A stretch of DNA of 63,781 bases from an uncultured Clostridia bacterium (GCA_947175385.1 CAMWMN010000001.1:1-63781); one strand, 5' to 3'; positions 9,310 to 19,116 are shown, numbered from the stretch's first letter. Made by a program: numbers and translations. Notes: generated from the sequence alone by a model not told the origin.

Positions 9310-9348
9310 TTTTCTATCCCCTCTGTATATTTTAGACGGATTATACCG

Positions 9349-9873
9349 TCAGTTATTCCGATTTTGTGCCGCAAGCCGTTTTGCCGCGAACTCGGCGGTC
9401 AATTTGTCGCGTATCTGCTCGTGAATCTCCGCGGGAACATACTTCGTCAGATCCCCGCCGAACATCGCCACCTGTTTCACCATACTGGACGAAATGAACG
9501 TTGTATTGGACGACGCGGGAATGAACACCGTTTCCGCGCGTGGATTCAAATCCTTATTTGTATGCGCCATCTGGAACTCGTACTCAAAATCCGATGTTGC
9601 GCGCAAGCCCTTGACGATCACATCAATCTCGGGACGCTCGTTAAAATACTCCGCAAGAAGTCCGTCAAAGCTGTCTATTTCAACGTTTTTGACGCTCCCC
9701 GTGACCTCGTGCAGCAACTTGACGCGCTCGGGAATGCTGAAGCTGTACGACTTCAGCGGGTTTATCAGCACCACCACGATCAGCTTGTCGAACATCTTCG
9801 AGGCGCGCTGGATAATATCCAGATGCCCGTTGGTAACGGGGTCGAAGCTCCCCGGATAAATCGCAATTTTCAT
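9349..9873 (-). CDS. coaD: pantetheine-phosphate adenylyltransferase
   Basis: YPGSFDPVTNGH, KGLRA.SDFEYE, ISSSMVK. Confidence 0.97.
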   Translation of the reverse strand: MKIAIYPGSFDPVTNGHLDIIQRASKMFDKLIVVVLINPLKSYSFSIPERVKLLHEVTGSVKNVEIDSFDGLLAEYFNERPEIDVIVKGLRATSDFEYEFQMAHTNKDLNPRAETVFIPASSNTTFISSSMVKQVAMFGGDLTKYVPAEIHEQIRDKLTAEFAAKRLAAQNRNN

Positions 9874-10433
9874 ATTTGATTGCCCTCACTATTGGCTGAT
9901 TTCCTGTAAATGGAAAGCGCAGTGTTTCCATGGGGGAGGATTTTCACGATTCCCCAGTCGCCCTCGTGTGCGGGGAGAACGCACTCCCTCTCGTGTTCGC
10001 AGACGATTACTCCGCTATCGTTCATCTTTGGAATCAACAAGGGAAGTACTTTCTGTATCAGCCGCTTTTCATACGGCGGGTCGAGCAATGCAATATCGAA
10101 CGTTGCGTGTGTGGATTTCAAAAACGCGGAAAACGGCATATTCACGATGTGCGCGGATTCGGAAAAGCCCGTGGATTCCACGTTTTGCCGCACCGTCTTA
10201 ATGGACACCGCCGCGCTGTCCGCGAAGTAGCACTCCTTTGCGCCGCGTGAGAGTGCCTCAATGCCGAGCTGTCCGCTCCCCGCGAACAAATCCAGCACCG
10301 TTCTGCCTTCTATCTCAAACTGAATCGCGCTGAAAATCGCTTCTTTAACGCGGTCGGTTGTCGGGCGAACCACGTCAGTACCCTCTACTGTAACCAATTT
10401 GCGCCCGCGCGCACTTCCCGTAATAACTCTCAT
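9870..10433 (-). CDS. rsmD: 16S rRNA m2G966 methyltransferase
   Basis: MRVITG.ARG, RPTTDRVKEA, LDLFAGSG, DPPY. Confidence 0.96.
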   Translation of the reverse strand: MRVITGSARGRKLVTVEGTDVVRPTTDRVKEAIFSAIQFEIEGRTVLDLFAGSGQLGIEALSRGAKECYFADSAAVSIKTVRQNVESTGFSESAHIVNMPFSAFLKSTHATFDIALLDPPYEKRLIQKVLPLLIPKMNDSGVIVCEHERECVLPAHEGDWGIVKILPHGNTALSIYRKSANSEGNQI

Positions 10434-10825
10434 TCTTCCTCCTGTTCACCGGAACATTCATCATATGCTGTTTTCGCCATCCACTCTATAAGTTCCCTGT
10501 TTTCCGACTTCAGGCAAAACTCGCTTTCGGGAGTATTCTCCGTACATGCAGTCAAAACCTTTGTACAACAGGGTATCATTTTGCATACATAAACAAATCC
10601 CGAAACCGCCATATCCTTGGACAAGAAAAGCTCACCGTTCACATAGTCTGGCATAGACAGAACCGGTGCGTAAAATGCCCATTCACCATGTGCCCTCAGC
10701 ACCGGACCGCAGTAGAGATTCGTCACATCCGAGCCCATAATTTTTGACTCATGCTTTCTTAACTCATCAATGTAGCTTTTGTCAACGAAGTACATTCCGT
10801 AGGGCATGGGTTGGGTATGATGCAT
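10430..10825 (-). CDS. divergent ToxN/AbiQ-family (type III TA) endoribonuclease-like protein
   Basis: YFVDKSYIDELRK, Y.G.VL, YAPVLS, G.V...KMIP occur in ToxN/AbiQ motif order. Confidence 0.6.
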   Translation of the reverse strand: MHHTQPMPYGMYFVDKSYIDELRKHESKIMGSDVTNLYCGPVLRAHGEWAFYAPVLSMPDYVNGELFLSKDMAVSGFVYVCKMIPCCTKVLTACTENTPESEFCLKSENRELIEWMAKTAYDECSGEQEEE

Positions 10826-10827
10826 AA

Positions 10828-12657
10828 CTAAAACCTTTCCTGTATAAAATCGTGCAGTTCTTTAGCCTTTTCCGCGCTGATTTTCGCCACTGCTTGCAGC
10901 TCCTCGACACTCGCGGATTTCATATTCTGCTTGGTTTTGAACTCCTTAAGCAGCGCTCTTGCCTTTGCCTCTCCGATTCCGCGAATCTGCGTCAGCTCCA
11001 GGGCGTAGGTCTGCTGCTTGTGCTTTACCCTCTGGAAACTGATGGAAAATCGGTGAACCTCGTCTTGAATATTCGTAAGCAGCGCGAACAGTGAACGGTT
11101 GGACTTGATTTCCAGTTCCCCGCCCTCTTTGGCAATGGCGCGTGTTCGGTGCTTGCTGTCCTTAACCAGACCGAACAGCGGAATATCCACGCCAAGCTCC
11201 GCAAATACCTCGGAAACCGCCGAAATATGCCCGTGACCGCCGTCCAGCAGTATCAAATCGGGCAGCGGCGAAAAGCCTTCGTCACCGTCCCGGAACCGCT
11301 TGATCCGCCGCCGCAGAACCTCCTGCATACACGCATAGTCATTCTGCCCGGCAACGGTCTTGATGGTGAACTTGCGGTATCCCGGCTTGAACGGTCTGCC
11401 ATTGCGGTAGACGATCATTCCGCCGACCATTCCCGACTCGCCGAAGTTGGAGATGTCATAACTCTCGATGATATTAGGAACTTTTTCCAGCCCGAGGAGG
11501 TTTTTCAAGTCCTCCAACGCAGCGATCTCCTTGGCGGTGCGTCCGACCCTCAGCGCGAGATACTCTCCCGCGTTTTTCTTCGCGAGGAGGACTTGCGCCA
11601 TTCCGTCGCCGCGGTGCGGAATCACGAATTTCACCGCGTGATTTGCACGTCCGCGGACAAGCTCGGTCATCAGCTCCATATCTGGAAATTCCTCGTCAAC
11701 GTAAATCTCTTTCGGAACGTCTTCGGATTGCGAATAATATCCCAACAGGAAATCACGGCGCATTTCGCCCTCATCGTATTCCTCACCGATGAAGAAATTC
11801 TGTTTGTCAATAAGTCGCCCCGCGCGGTATTTAATCACTGCAAATGACGCAAGCCCGACATTCACCGCCATTCCAACTATGTCGTAATCCTGTTTGTAGT
11901 CGAGGATTTTCTGCTGAGATGTCAGTCTTGTTATCGCCGCGATTCTGTCACGCAGACGCGCCGCTTTCTCAAACTCCAGATTTTCCGCCGCCTGTTCCAT
12001 CTGAGCAGTCAGCTCCTCAACAGAGGATTTACTTCCGCTTTCCAGATATTGGATAGCCTCGGCAATGATTTTCTTGTATTCCTCCGAGGAGAGAGCCCCC
12101 TCGCAAACGCCCATACACCGCTTGATATGGCGGTTCAGGCAAGGACGTTCCTTGTTGAAATCGCGCGGGAATTTACGCTTGCAGGTCGGCAGCATAAATA
12201 TGGTATTTGCCTCCTCGACCGCCTGTTTCACGGAAAACCCGCTTGTAAACGGACCGATGTAGTCCGCGTTTTTGTCGGTAGTGTTCAGCGAGTAGGTAAT
12301 TCGCGGGAACTCCCCATGCGAAATCTTGATGTAATTGTAGCCCTTATCGTCCTTGAGGAGAATGTTGTACTTCGGCTGATGGAGCTTGATAAGGCTGCAT
12401 TCCAACACCAAGGCGTCCAACTCGGACGGTGTGACGATAAACTCAAAATCGCGGATATTGTCCACCAGTTTCAGCGTCTTGGCATTGTGCTGCGAATTTG
12501 CGTGGAAATAGCTCGTTACGCGGTTTTTTAAGGCTTTTGCCTTGCCCACATATATAATGGTATCCGAGCTGTCTTTCATCAGGTAAACACCCGGCTCAAG
12601 CGGGAGATGATTCGCTTTATCACGTAAATACGGTAATCTGTCGTTCAAGGATTTCAC
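10828..12657 (-). CDS. uvrC: excinuclease ABC subunit C
   Basis: GIY-YIG PGVYLM..IIYVGKAK, UVR domain, ESYDISN, LLDGG.G, C-terminal HhH. Confidence 0.98.
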   Translation of the reverse strand: MKSLNDRLPYLRDKANHLPLEPGVYLMKDSSDTIIYVGKAKALKNRVTSYFHANSQHNAKTLKLVDNIRDFEFIVTPSELDALVLECSLIKLHQPKYNILLKDDKGYNYIKISHGEFPRITYSLNTTDKNADYIGPFTSGFSVKQAVEEANTIFMLPTCKRKFPRDFNKERPCLNRHIKRCMGVCEGALSSEEYKKIIAEAIQYLESGSKSSVEELTAQMEQAAENLEFEKAARLRDRIAAITRLTSQQKILDYKQDYDIVGMAVNVGLASFAVIKYRAGRLIDKQNFFIGEEYDEGEMRRDFLLGYYSQSEDVPKEIYVDEEFPDMELMTELVRGRANHAVKFVIPHRGDGMAQVLLAKKNAGEYLALRVGRTAKEIAALEDLKNLLGLEKVPNIIESYDISNFGESGMVGGMIVYRNGRPFKPGYRKFTIKTVAGQNDYACMQEVLRRRIKRFRDGDEGFSPLPDLILLDGGHGHISAVSEVFAELGVDIPLFGLVKDSKHRTRAIAKEGGELEIKSNRSLFALLTNIQDEVHRFSISFQRVKHKQQTYALELTQIRGIGEAKARALLKEFKTKQNMKSASVEELQAVAKISAEKAKELHDFIQERF

Positions 12658-12992
12658 TCCGTAATATCAAATGACGGATACAAGTCATACTCGCTGTATT
12701 CACGTCTTACTCCGTCCATATATTCCAAAATTTCTTCAAGGGATTTGTTGGTAAGGGGATACTCGAAAACCTGTGTTTCAGCCCACATATAGCCCTTATG
12801 CAGTTGATCTGTATATCCGCCGCTCCCAAGGGATTTACCCTGCTCGGAGATTTTGCAGTAGTCGAACCACACGATTCCCTCTACTTTTCCGCCGTTCGCA
12901 AAAAGCACATCAAGGAATTTCTTCGGGTCGCGGAATATCAATTCGGAGCAAACCTTGTTTTCCGCGATATAGCTTGAAATTTCGCCGTTCAT
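12654..12992 (-). CDS. hypothetical protein (112 aa)
   Basis: ATG at 12992 after RBS TAGGAG; stop overlaps the uvrC start. Confidence 0.65.
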   Translation of the reverse strand: MNGEISSYIAENKVCSELIFRDPKKFLDVLFANGGKVEGIVWFDYCKISEQGKSLGSGGYTDQLHKGYMWAETQVFEYPLTNKSLEEILEYMDGVRREYSEYDLYPSFDITE

Positions 12993-13010
12993 TTCCGCTC
13001 CTATCTTAAA

Positions 13011-13141
13011 GCAAATCCAAAACCGCACACTTGAAATGTGGCTGCGCCTCATTTCAAGTGTGCTTGCATTAAATCTCGCAAGCGAGCTTTTGCGTTACCT
13101 CACACCTTTGGTGTTCGGCAACGCTTGCATTTTGAATTTGC
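13011..13141 (-). repeat. dispersed structured element, copy A (5' UTR of the hyp-uvrC operon)
   Basis: Closing stem GCAAAUUCAAAA/UUUUGGAUUUGC with internal hairpins; followed by the RBS. Confidence 0.75.
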
Positions 13142-13167
13142 ATGCCTTGCAAAAATTATACATAATT

Positions 13168-13256
13168 ATTATAACATATTTTTTCCTTAATTACAAGGGG
13201 GTATTGCAAATTTCATTGAAAATGGGGTTGCAAAATCTCAAAAAATGTGCTAAAAT
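13168..13256. promoter_or_regulatory. divergent sigma-A promoters (- strand 13168-13196 TTGTAA-17-TATAAT; + strand 13228-13256 TTGCAA-17-TAAAAT)
   Basis: Near-consensus hexamers with 17-bp spacers. Confidence 0.6.
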
Positions 13257-13286
13257 TAAGGAGTAAACGAAAAGAGGATATAGAGA

Positions 13287-14015
13287 ATGTGTGCAAACAG
13301 AGAGAAGTTGAATTTCCGCTGTGGATTGCGTGACGGACTGCCGATTGCGTTGGGGTATTTATCGGTTTCGTTCACGTTCGGGATAACCGCCGTGAATATG
13401 GGGATTCCGCCGATAACTGCGATTCTGATTTCACTTACCAACCTTACAAGCGCAGGGCAAGTCGCGGGAATCGGCATTATCGCCGCACGCGGCGGTCTTG
13501 CGGAGATGGCTATGGCGCAGCTTATCATCAATCTGCGGTATGCGCTGATGAGCCTGTCGCTGTCGCAGAGATTGGATAAAAACTGGAAACTGTTCCATCG
13601 CGTAACCGCCGCTTTCTGCGTTACGGACGAGGTGTTTGCGGTGGCTTCGGGCAAGGCAGACGAGCTTCCAACGCGGTATATGTACGGGCTGATGATATTG
13701 CCGTATCTGTTCTGGGGCGGCGGTACAACGGTCGGAGCACTTCTCGGAGCGGTTCTGCCCGAGATGATAAAATCCGCTCTCGGAATCGCGATATACGGAA
13801 TGTTCATCGCGATAATCATTCCCCCCGCCAAAAAGAGCCGAGGTGTACTGTGCGTGGTGATTATGGCGGCGGCGCTGAGTTGGTTCATTTATTATATGCC
13901 GTACCTTGACTTCATCTCAAGCGGAATCTCCATTATCATCTGCACGGTGATTGCCGCCGCTTTGGGAGCGTTGATTTTCCCGAGAAGCGAAAGCGAGGTG
14001 AACGCGAATGAGTGA
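13287..14015 (+). CDS. azlC: AzlC-family branched-chain amino acid exporter permease
   Basis: PIALGY, SAGQ, INLRY, TDEVFA motifs. Confidence 0.92.
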   Translation: MCANREKLNFRCGLRDGLPIALGYLSVSFTFGITAVNMGIPPITAILISLTNLTSAGQVAGIGIIAARGGLAEMAMAQLIINLRYALMSLSLSQRLDKNWKLFHRVTAAFCVTDEVFAVASGKADELPTRYMYGLMILPYLFWGGGTTVGALLGAVLPEMIKSALGIAIYGMFIAIIIPPAKKSRGVLCVVIMAAALSWFIYYMPYLDFISSGISIIICTVIAAALGALIFPRSESEVNANE

Positions 14016-14319
14016 CGCGGCATATCTATTCGCGTCTGTCGCGGTGATGGCGGGGGTTACATACCTGATTCGTATGCTGCCGCTTGCCGCGTTCAGAAAG
14101 AAAATCCAAAACAAATTTGTCCTGGATTTTCTGTATTATGTGCCTTATGCAGTGCTTTCCGCGATGACGATTCCCGCAGTGTTTTACAGCTCCAACAGTC
14201 TGTTAAGCGCGGCGGCGGGATTTTTGGTCGCGGCGGTTCTTGCGTTCTTCGAGCGCGGACTGCTGACCGTTGCGGTATGCGCGTGCGCAGGAGTGTTTTT
14301 GTTGGAATTAATAATTTAG
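14008..14319 (+). CDS. azlD: AzlD-family membrane protein
   Basis: TYLIRMLP and YVPYAVL motifs; coupled to azlC. Confidence 0.9.
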   Translation: MSDAAYLFASVAVMAGVTYLIRMLPLAAFRKKIQNKFVLDFLYYVPYAVLSAMTIPAVFYSSNSLLSAAAGFLVAAVLAFFERGLLTVAVCACAGVFLLELII

Positions 14320-14418
14320 AAAATCCAAAAAGTCTGAAAATTTGCGAAGCAAATTTTGAGCGGTTCCGAAACGCTGACAAAGCGAACGGAGTCCAAGCGT
14401 TACGGAATTTTGGATTTT
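14320..14418 (+). repeat. dispersed structured element, copy B
   Basis: AAAATCCAAAA/TTTTGGATTTT closing stem, internal AAAATTTGCGAAGCAAATTTT hairpin, then AATAAGGAG. Confidence 0.65.
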
Positions 14419-14439
14419 AATTCAAATAAGGAGATAATC

Positions 14440-15291
14440 ATGAATATAAAGAAAGAGCTTATCAAAACGGCTTGCAACTCAATCCGGCTGAAAATCGGCG
14501 GGGAAAGCGAAAACGCAAAAATCGGCGGAACACGGTTCGGCGGCGCGCCCGATGTTCCGGACGGGTTTGAATGGGATTATTTCGAGGGTAGGGGCAATAT
14601 ACTCGATGATACGGTGAGATCTCGACCGTTGGCATTCATTGCGCAGTTCGACCTCGAAGAGATGGCTCAATATGACACGGACGGGCTGCTCCCAAAGACG
14701 GGCGTGCTGTCGTTTTTCTATGAGCCGGAATCGATGAGGTGGGGATTCGACCCGAAGGATAAGGGCTGCGCGAGAGTGCATTGGTTTCCCGATAAAGACG
14801 CGCTGCATACCGCCGAATTTCCCGACGATCTGGCGGAGGATTACCGATTTCCGATAATGAAGATCTCCGCTAAATCGGAGCTTTCATATCAGAGCTTTGA
14901 GGATTTCGCGCTCCAACGCGCGAAAATGGTGGAATGCTGGGAGGAATTTGAATCCGCGGAGGAAAGCCTCGGCATAGAAGAACCCCTCGAATGCTCCAAG
15001 CTGCTTGGCTGGGCAAACCCGATTCAGGGGAATATGACGCAGGAGTGCGAGTTGATTTCGCGCGGATATTACCTCGGTCACGGCTGGGACGATATTTCCC
15101 CACGCGACAGACAGGAATCCGAACAGTGGGCAAACCGCGACTGGACGCTGCTGTTTCAGCTTGACTGCATTGTGGACGGCAACTTTGAGCTTGCGTTCGG
15201 CGACGGCGGCAGAATTTATTTTTACATTCGTCGCGAGGATTTAGCCGCAAGGAATTTCGACAATGTATGGTTGATTTTACAGTGCTCGTGA
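14440..15291 (+). CDS. YwqG / DUF1963 family protein
   Basis: RFGGAPD, PLAFIAQFDL, LP..G.LSFFY, KLLGW, LLFQLD, FGDGG.IYFYI, ILQC. Confidence 0.88.
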   Translation: MNIKKELIKTACNSIRLKIGGESENAKIGGTRFGGAPDVPDGFEWDYFEGRGNILDDTVRSRPLAFIAQFDLEEMAQYDTDGLLPKTGVLSFFYEPESMRWGFDPKDKGCARVHWFPDKDALHTAEFPDDLAEDYRFPIMKISAKSELSYQSFEDFALQRAKMVECWEEFESAEESLGIEEPLECSKLLGWANPIQGNMTQECELISRGYYLGHGWDDISPRDRQESEQWANRDWTLLFQLDCIVDGNFELAFGDGGRIYFYIRREDLAARNFDNVWLILQCS

Positions 15292-15550
15292 TATGAAAAA
15301 ATCCCCCCTCGGGCGAGGTGGATTATTTCGTATTATTCAGCAGTCAACAGGACGTTCATTTTATAAATCATATCCTTAAGGTTTTCTTCACTTGATTTGC
15401 CATTTCTTCGGCATTGACAGCCAGCCCGCTATTCCGAGAAATTCTCTAAAATTGTATAAACCGAGAAAATACTGTGAAGCTGCCCTTGAATTAAAGCTGA
15501 AAAGACGCTATAATGAACAAAACGATTATGCTAAAATGGAGGACAAATCA

Positions 15551-16291
15551 ATGGGAGCGTTTGAATTGATTGAGAAAAAAGAATATGACACATTTTGTTC
15601 GTTATATTTGGAAAAAGCCCATTTAAGGACAACTCACTCTGAATACGCAGACTTGATGCCTGGAAACTATGTCATAGCCTTAATTGGAGCAAGACAATAT
15701 GAAACTTTGGTGTCCTTTTGTTTAGAAACGATTGAGAAAATCCAACAAAACTCCACCAAAATAGATAGAAGCTCTTCAAAATTTTTTGTTGCTCTAAGTA
15801 TTGGATATTTTGAACTCAAAAAATTCTCAGAAGCTCTACAAGCAATTCGAGATGGTAGCTGGGCTGCTTACCAGGATCGCCCCAGAACACAGGCTCCTGG
15901 TATTCTATACTATGAGGCAACAATACTCAATGATAGGACGGCAAAGCAGGAAAGCAAGAAACTGTTAAACGCCCGTTTAAGAAATAAAAACGCACTATCC
16001 CCTGAATTTGCGGCGGCAAAGTTTTTAGTGGGAAAATGCAGTAGCGAGGAAATGCTCGTTCAAATAAATACACTCCCTTCTGTATTGAGAGAACGAACGA
16101 AAGTGCAAGCATTGTTTTATATGGCAGTAAAGGCATTTGAAATAGGCGATTTCGATGGATACGCAAAGCATCTTAAAGCTGCTTGCGACCTATACTGTAG
16201 TGTTCCAACTGTTGCCGTAGAATTTGAATATCATTTGGCAGAAATCTGTTGCTCTCGAATTTGCTTTTCACCCCCCTCTTGGTTTTTGTAA
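15551..16291 (+). CDS. AT-rich TPR-like helical protein (C-terminus NlpI-like)
   Basis: RBS GGAGGA then ATG at 15551; QALFYMA..A..GD...EFEYHLA pattern. Confidence 0.55.
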   Translation: MGAFELIEKKEYDTFCSLYLEKAHLRTTHSEYADLMPGNYVIALIGARQYETLVSFCLETIEKIQQNSTKIDRSSSKFFVALSIGYFELKKFSEALQAIRDGSWAAYQDRPRTQAPGILYYEATILNDRTAKQESKKLLNARLRNKNALSPEFAAAKFLVGKCSSEEMLVQINTLPSVLRERTKVQALFYMAVKAFEIGDFDGYAKHLKAACDLYCSVPTVAVEFEYHLAEICCSRICFSPPSWFL

Positions 16292-16602
16292 GCTAACGCA
16301 TTTAATCGCATTTACTTATCCTTATAATTTATTACAACACACTTCATAAAAAATGTCAATAGTCAGCATGAGCTTTGTGCAATTTGCACAAAAAGTGTAA
16401 CTAAATTCTATAAGCAATCCCTCTGATGAAACAGGGGAATCATATTGTATGAAAAGTCAAATTTTATCCGATAACCGTACGGCGACAACATTCACGACAT
16501 AATATATAAGATGAATCCCCTCGGGTAATTCCGAGGGGGATTGCTTATGATAAATTTGCGAGAGCGATTGTGAGGATAAAGGCAAAATAATTGTAAAATT
16601 CT

Positions 16603-17358
16603 TTATAAAACGCTAAGGTCGGTGAGAATTTGTTTCATCTGCTCTATGGTCAAATAATCAAATGAGTAGAGGTGATAAATCGCATTATCATAGACGACGT
16701 CAACAGACGTATAAACGTCATCATATCCGTCATTCTGCACCTCCATTAGCACGGCTTTGTTTCCGTCATTCAGTTTTACGCTTTCAATTTTGGATTTCTG
16801 ATTATCTCCCGTCTTGATTGATGCTACGGATGCAGTGCCGCCCTTTACCGAATATTGGCAGTCAACATACAGATTTACGCCTATTGTATTGTGAATCATA
16901 TTGTAGCTGAAAACAACATTTTCAGGGTCAGACCCATCTTCCAATGAATTAGCATGAACATAAACATCACCGGGCTTTAAGGTAAATTTATCATTCATAA
17001 GCGGATTAACGTTGTACATCTTGAATATATCCGTTGGCGAAAAGTCCTCAAAGAAATAGGTGAAATTACGATTATCTCTGTAATGACGCACAATTGCCCC
17101 TGCCTCTTCACAGCCCTTACGCGAAGGAAATTGGATATTTGGAGTGGCATCAAGCTCATAATCGTTCATCTGTGTGCCATTTACATAGAATCCAAACCGT
17201 TCGACATTAGTAAACCCGACAAGCAGAGTTGCCGCAACCGCCGCCGCGATAATCCCCATGCATAAGAAAATAGGTTTCTTGTTTGTTTTTTCTGCGTTTG
17301 TGATAATGCTGTCATCAATGTTGTTCATAGCAACCAACAATGGATTAATGTTATTCAT
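16603..17358 (-). CDS. putative anti-sigma factor, paralog of 1529-2395
   Basis: AMNNIDDSII plus TM; shares SP.D.F....V.PLMND.FT and the C-terminal L.DL.VL with 1529-2395. Confidence 0.75.
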   Translation of the reverse strand: MNNINPLLVAMNNIDDSIITNAEKTNKKPIFLCMGIIAAAVAATLLVGFTNVERFGFYVNGTQMNDYELDATPNIQFPSRKGCEEAGAIVRHYRDNRNFTYFFEDFSPTDIFKMYNVNPLMNDKFTLKPGDVYVHANSLEDGSDPENVVFSYNMIHNTIGVNLYVDCQYSVKGGTASVASIKTGDNQKSKIESVKLNDGNKAVLMEVQNDGYDDVYTSVDVVYDNAIYHLYSFDYLTIEQMKQILTDLSVL

Positions 17359-17900
17359 AATACATTCCCCTTTCGATTAAGTAACTTTTGAGTGCGCCGC
17401 GCAGACGCAAAAGCGCAGTTGTTGCGGCGGTTTGGCTCATCAAGCATTGTTTTGCGGCATCTTTTATTGAGTACATATAGAAATACCGCAGTGTGAACAG
17501 TCGCTGCTGTTTTTCGGGCAGAGAGCAGCCAGTCGTTCAGTGCTTTTGAAAGCTCCGACATTTCCACCGCCCACTCGGTGGAGTCTTGTGACGGAAAACA
17601 TTCATCAAGCTCTGTCAGTAATGCGCTGTCACGAGCCGCTGCCTTGTTGTACCGCAGTCTGTCCACGGTCCGGCGGCGGGCAATTTTACAGATATATGCC
17701 TTCAGATTTTAGGGACGTTCATCATCAAGACTATTCCAGATGTTAAGTAGTGTGTCGTTCGCACACTCCTACGCGTCCTCTGCCGACCGCAGAATACTGC
17801 GGCAAATCTTCAGAATCAGTCGGCTGTATTTGAACTTCAGCTCCGACAGCCCCTTTTGGTCGCGGCTGTTCAGCATATCGGTTATCGCAATGTCCTCCAT
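17351..17900 (-). pseudogene. ECF sigma factor pseudogene (paralog of 970-1539)
   Basis: In-frame TAG (17769-17771) and TAA (17709-17711) where the paralog has Glu, plus a frameshift near 17520. Confidence 0.9.
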
Positions 17901-17914
17901 TTTATCACATCCTG

Positions 17915-17948
17915 TTAATATAGTCGGAATCCATATCTTAAATGTCAC
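17915..17948 (-). promoter_or_regulatory. putative ECF promoter GTGACA-N17-GACTATATTAA
   Basis: Matches 914-947. Confidence 0.6.
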
Positions 17949-17978
17949 TTAATCTGAAAAAGAAAACGTTTGAATAAC

Positions 17979-18009
17979 AAAAAAACCGCCCCGGTTAAGA
18001 GGCGGCTTT
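17979..18009 (-). terminator. intrinsic terminator of the flagellar/che operon
   Basis: CCGCC..GGCGG stem with a T-tract on the minus strand. Confidence 0.75.
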
Positions 18010-18019
18010 CAATATGTAA

Positions 18020-18499
18020 TTAAAACTGCTTGATTCCCTTTGCGGCGGCGCGGATCTCCATTATCCCCGTTTCGGGATAGAAAAACTGCGTGCGTCCATA
18101 GTCAAGACCCGTATCCTCGGCGAGGATAGGAATCCTGTTTGACATAAGAATCCGCTTTACGGCAGCGATATTGCGCTCACCGATGTTGAACTTGTCGCTG
18201 GCAGTAGCAAACATCGTGGCTCCGCCCGCGATTTTCGCTTTAAGACGCGCCTTTGACGCGCCGAGCTGCTCCATCTGGCGGATAAGCATAGGAATCGCCG
18301 TGTCCGCGAACCGCATTGGAGTGGTTGTCGCGTTCACTCCCGAGGTGCTGTCGGGAAGCATAATGTGCGATAATCCGCCGACTCCCGCTTGGCTGTCCAA
18401 AAGGCAAATGCCCACGCAAGAGCCGAGCGCGTAAGTTACCAACACATCAGGCACTCTGCAAACCTTCAAATCTCCGATACCAACCGTAAAATTAGCCAT
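18020..18499 (-). CDS. cheD: chemoreceptor glutamine deamidase
   Basis: LGSCVG, GGLSHIMLP, KIAGGA, NIGERN. Confidence 0.95.
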   Translation of the reverse strand: MANFTVGIGDLKVCRVPDVLVTYALGSCVGICLLDSQAGVGGLSHIMLPDSTSGVNATTTPMRFADTAIPMLIRQMEQLGASKARLKAKIAGGATMFATASDKFNIGERNIAAVKRILMSNRIPILAEDTGLDYGRTQFFYPETGIMEIRAAAKGIKQF

Positions 18500-19116
18500 C
18501 AAATAACACCGAGCTTCTTCATTAAAATGTCGAGTGATTCCATTTCGGGAATCAAGACGATATTGCAATCGATATCATCTTTATCTGCAATAAATCCGTC
18601 GTCGATATACAGCACCTTATCGCCGACTTCGGAAAACTCAATCATCGGATAATTCATCAATGCGCCCATCATATCAACAGTCATTGAAGGCGGCTCCATA
18701 CGGACATCAAAACCCGCCATACCTGCCAGTGCGCTCAGATACGCGCCGCCCATTATATTGCCCATTTCCTTCACTGCGGAGAAGTCCGTTTCGTCAAGCT
18801 TTACTACGTCAATATTGTCCTTGCCCATAAACGTCCTTACAACCAACTTCGCGAACGCGTCCTCAAGCAAGAACATAATCATTCCCTTAATATCGCCGCT
18901 GAACTTCACCATAATGCCCGTAATGACCTTTTCGGGACCGCCGATTTCATCAATTACAGACTGATAATCCAGTACGCGTATCTTCGGAACGTGCATTTTA
19001 ATCGGCTGAGAGAGCATTGCGGACAGCGCGGACGCCGCGTGCCCCGAGCCGATGTTGCCGATTTCCTGTAAGCAATCAATTGCTACGGGAGAAAGCTCAT
19101 CATAATTTTTCAGCAT
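18499..19116 (-). CDS. cheC: CheY-P phosphatase
   Basis: Two E-x-x-N motifs (QEIGNI, KEMGNI). Confidence 0.93.
   Translation of the reverse strand: MLKNYDELSPVAIDCLQEIGNIGSGHAASALSAMLSQPIKMHVPKIRVLDYQSVIDEIGGPEKVITGIMVKFSGDIKGMIMFLLEDAFAKLVVRTFMGKDNIDVVKLDETDFSAVKEMGNIMGGAYLSALAGMAGFDVRMEPPSMTVDMMGALMNYPMIEFSEVGDKVLYIDDGFIADKDDIDCNIVLIPEMESLDILMKKLGVI

Noticed and set aside
16420-16436. CTGATGA-AAC resembling a hammerhead ribozyme core
   Set aside because: No stem II or separate GAAA core; it is only a hairpin loop
17709-17771. Stop-codon readthrough or recoding in the second sigma gene
   Set aside because: Two different stop codons plus a frameshift indicate ordinary decay
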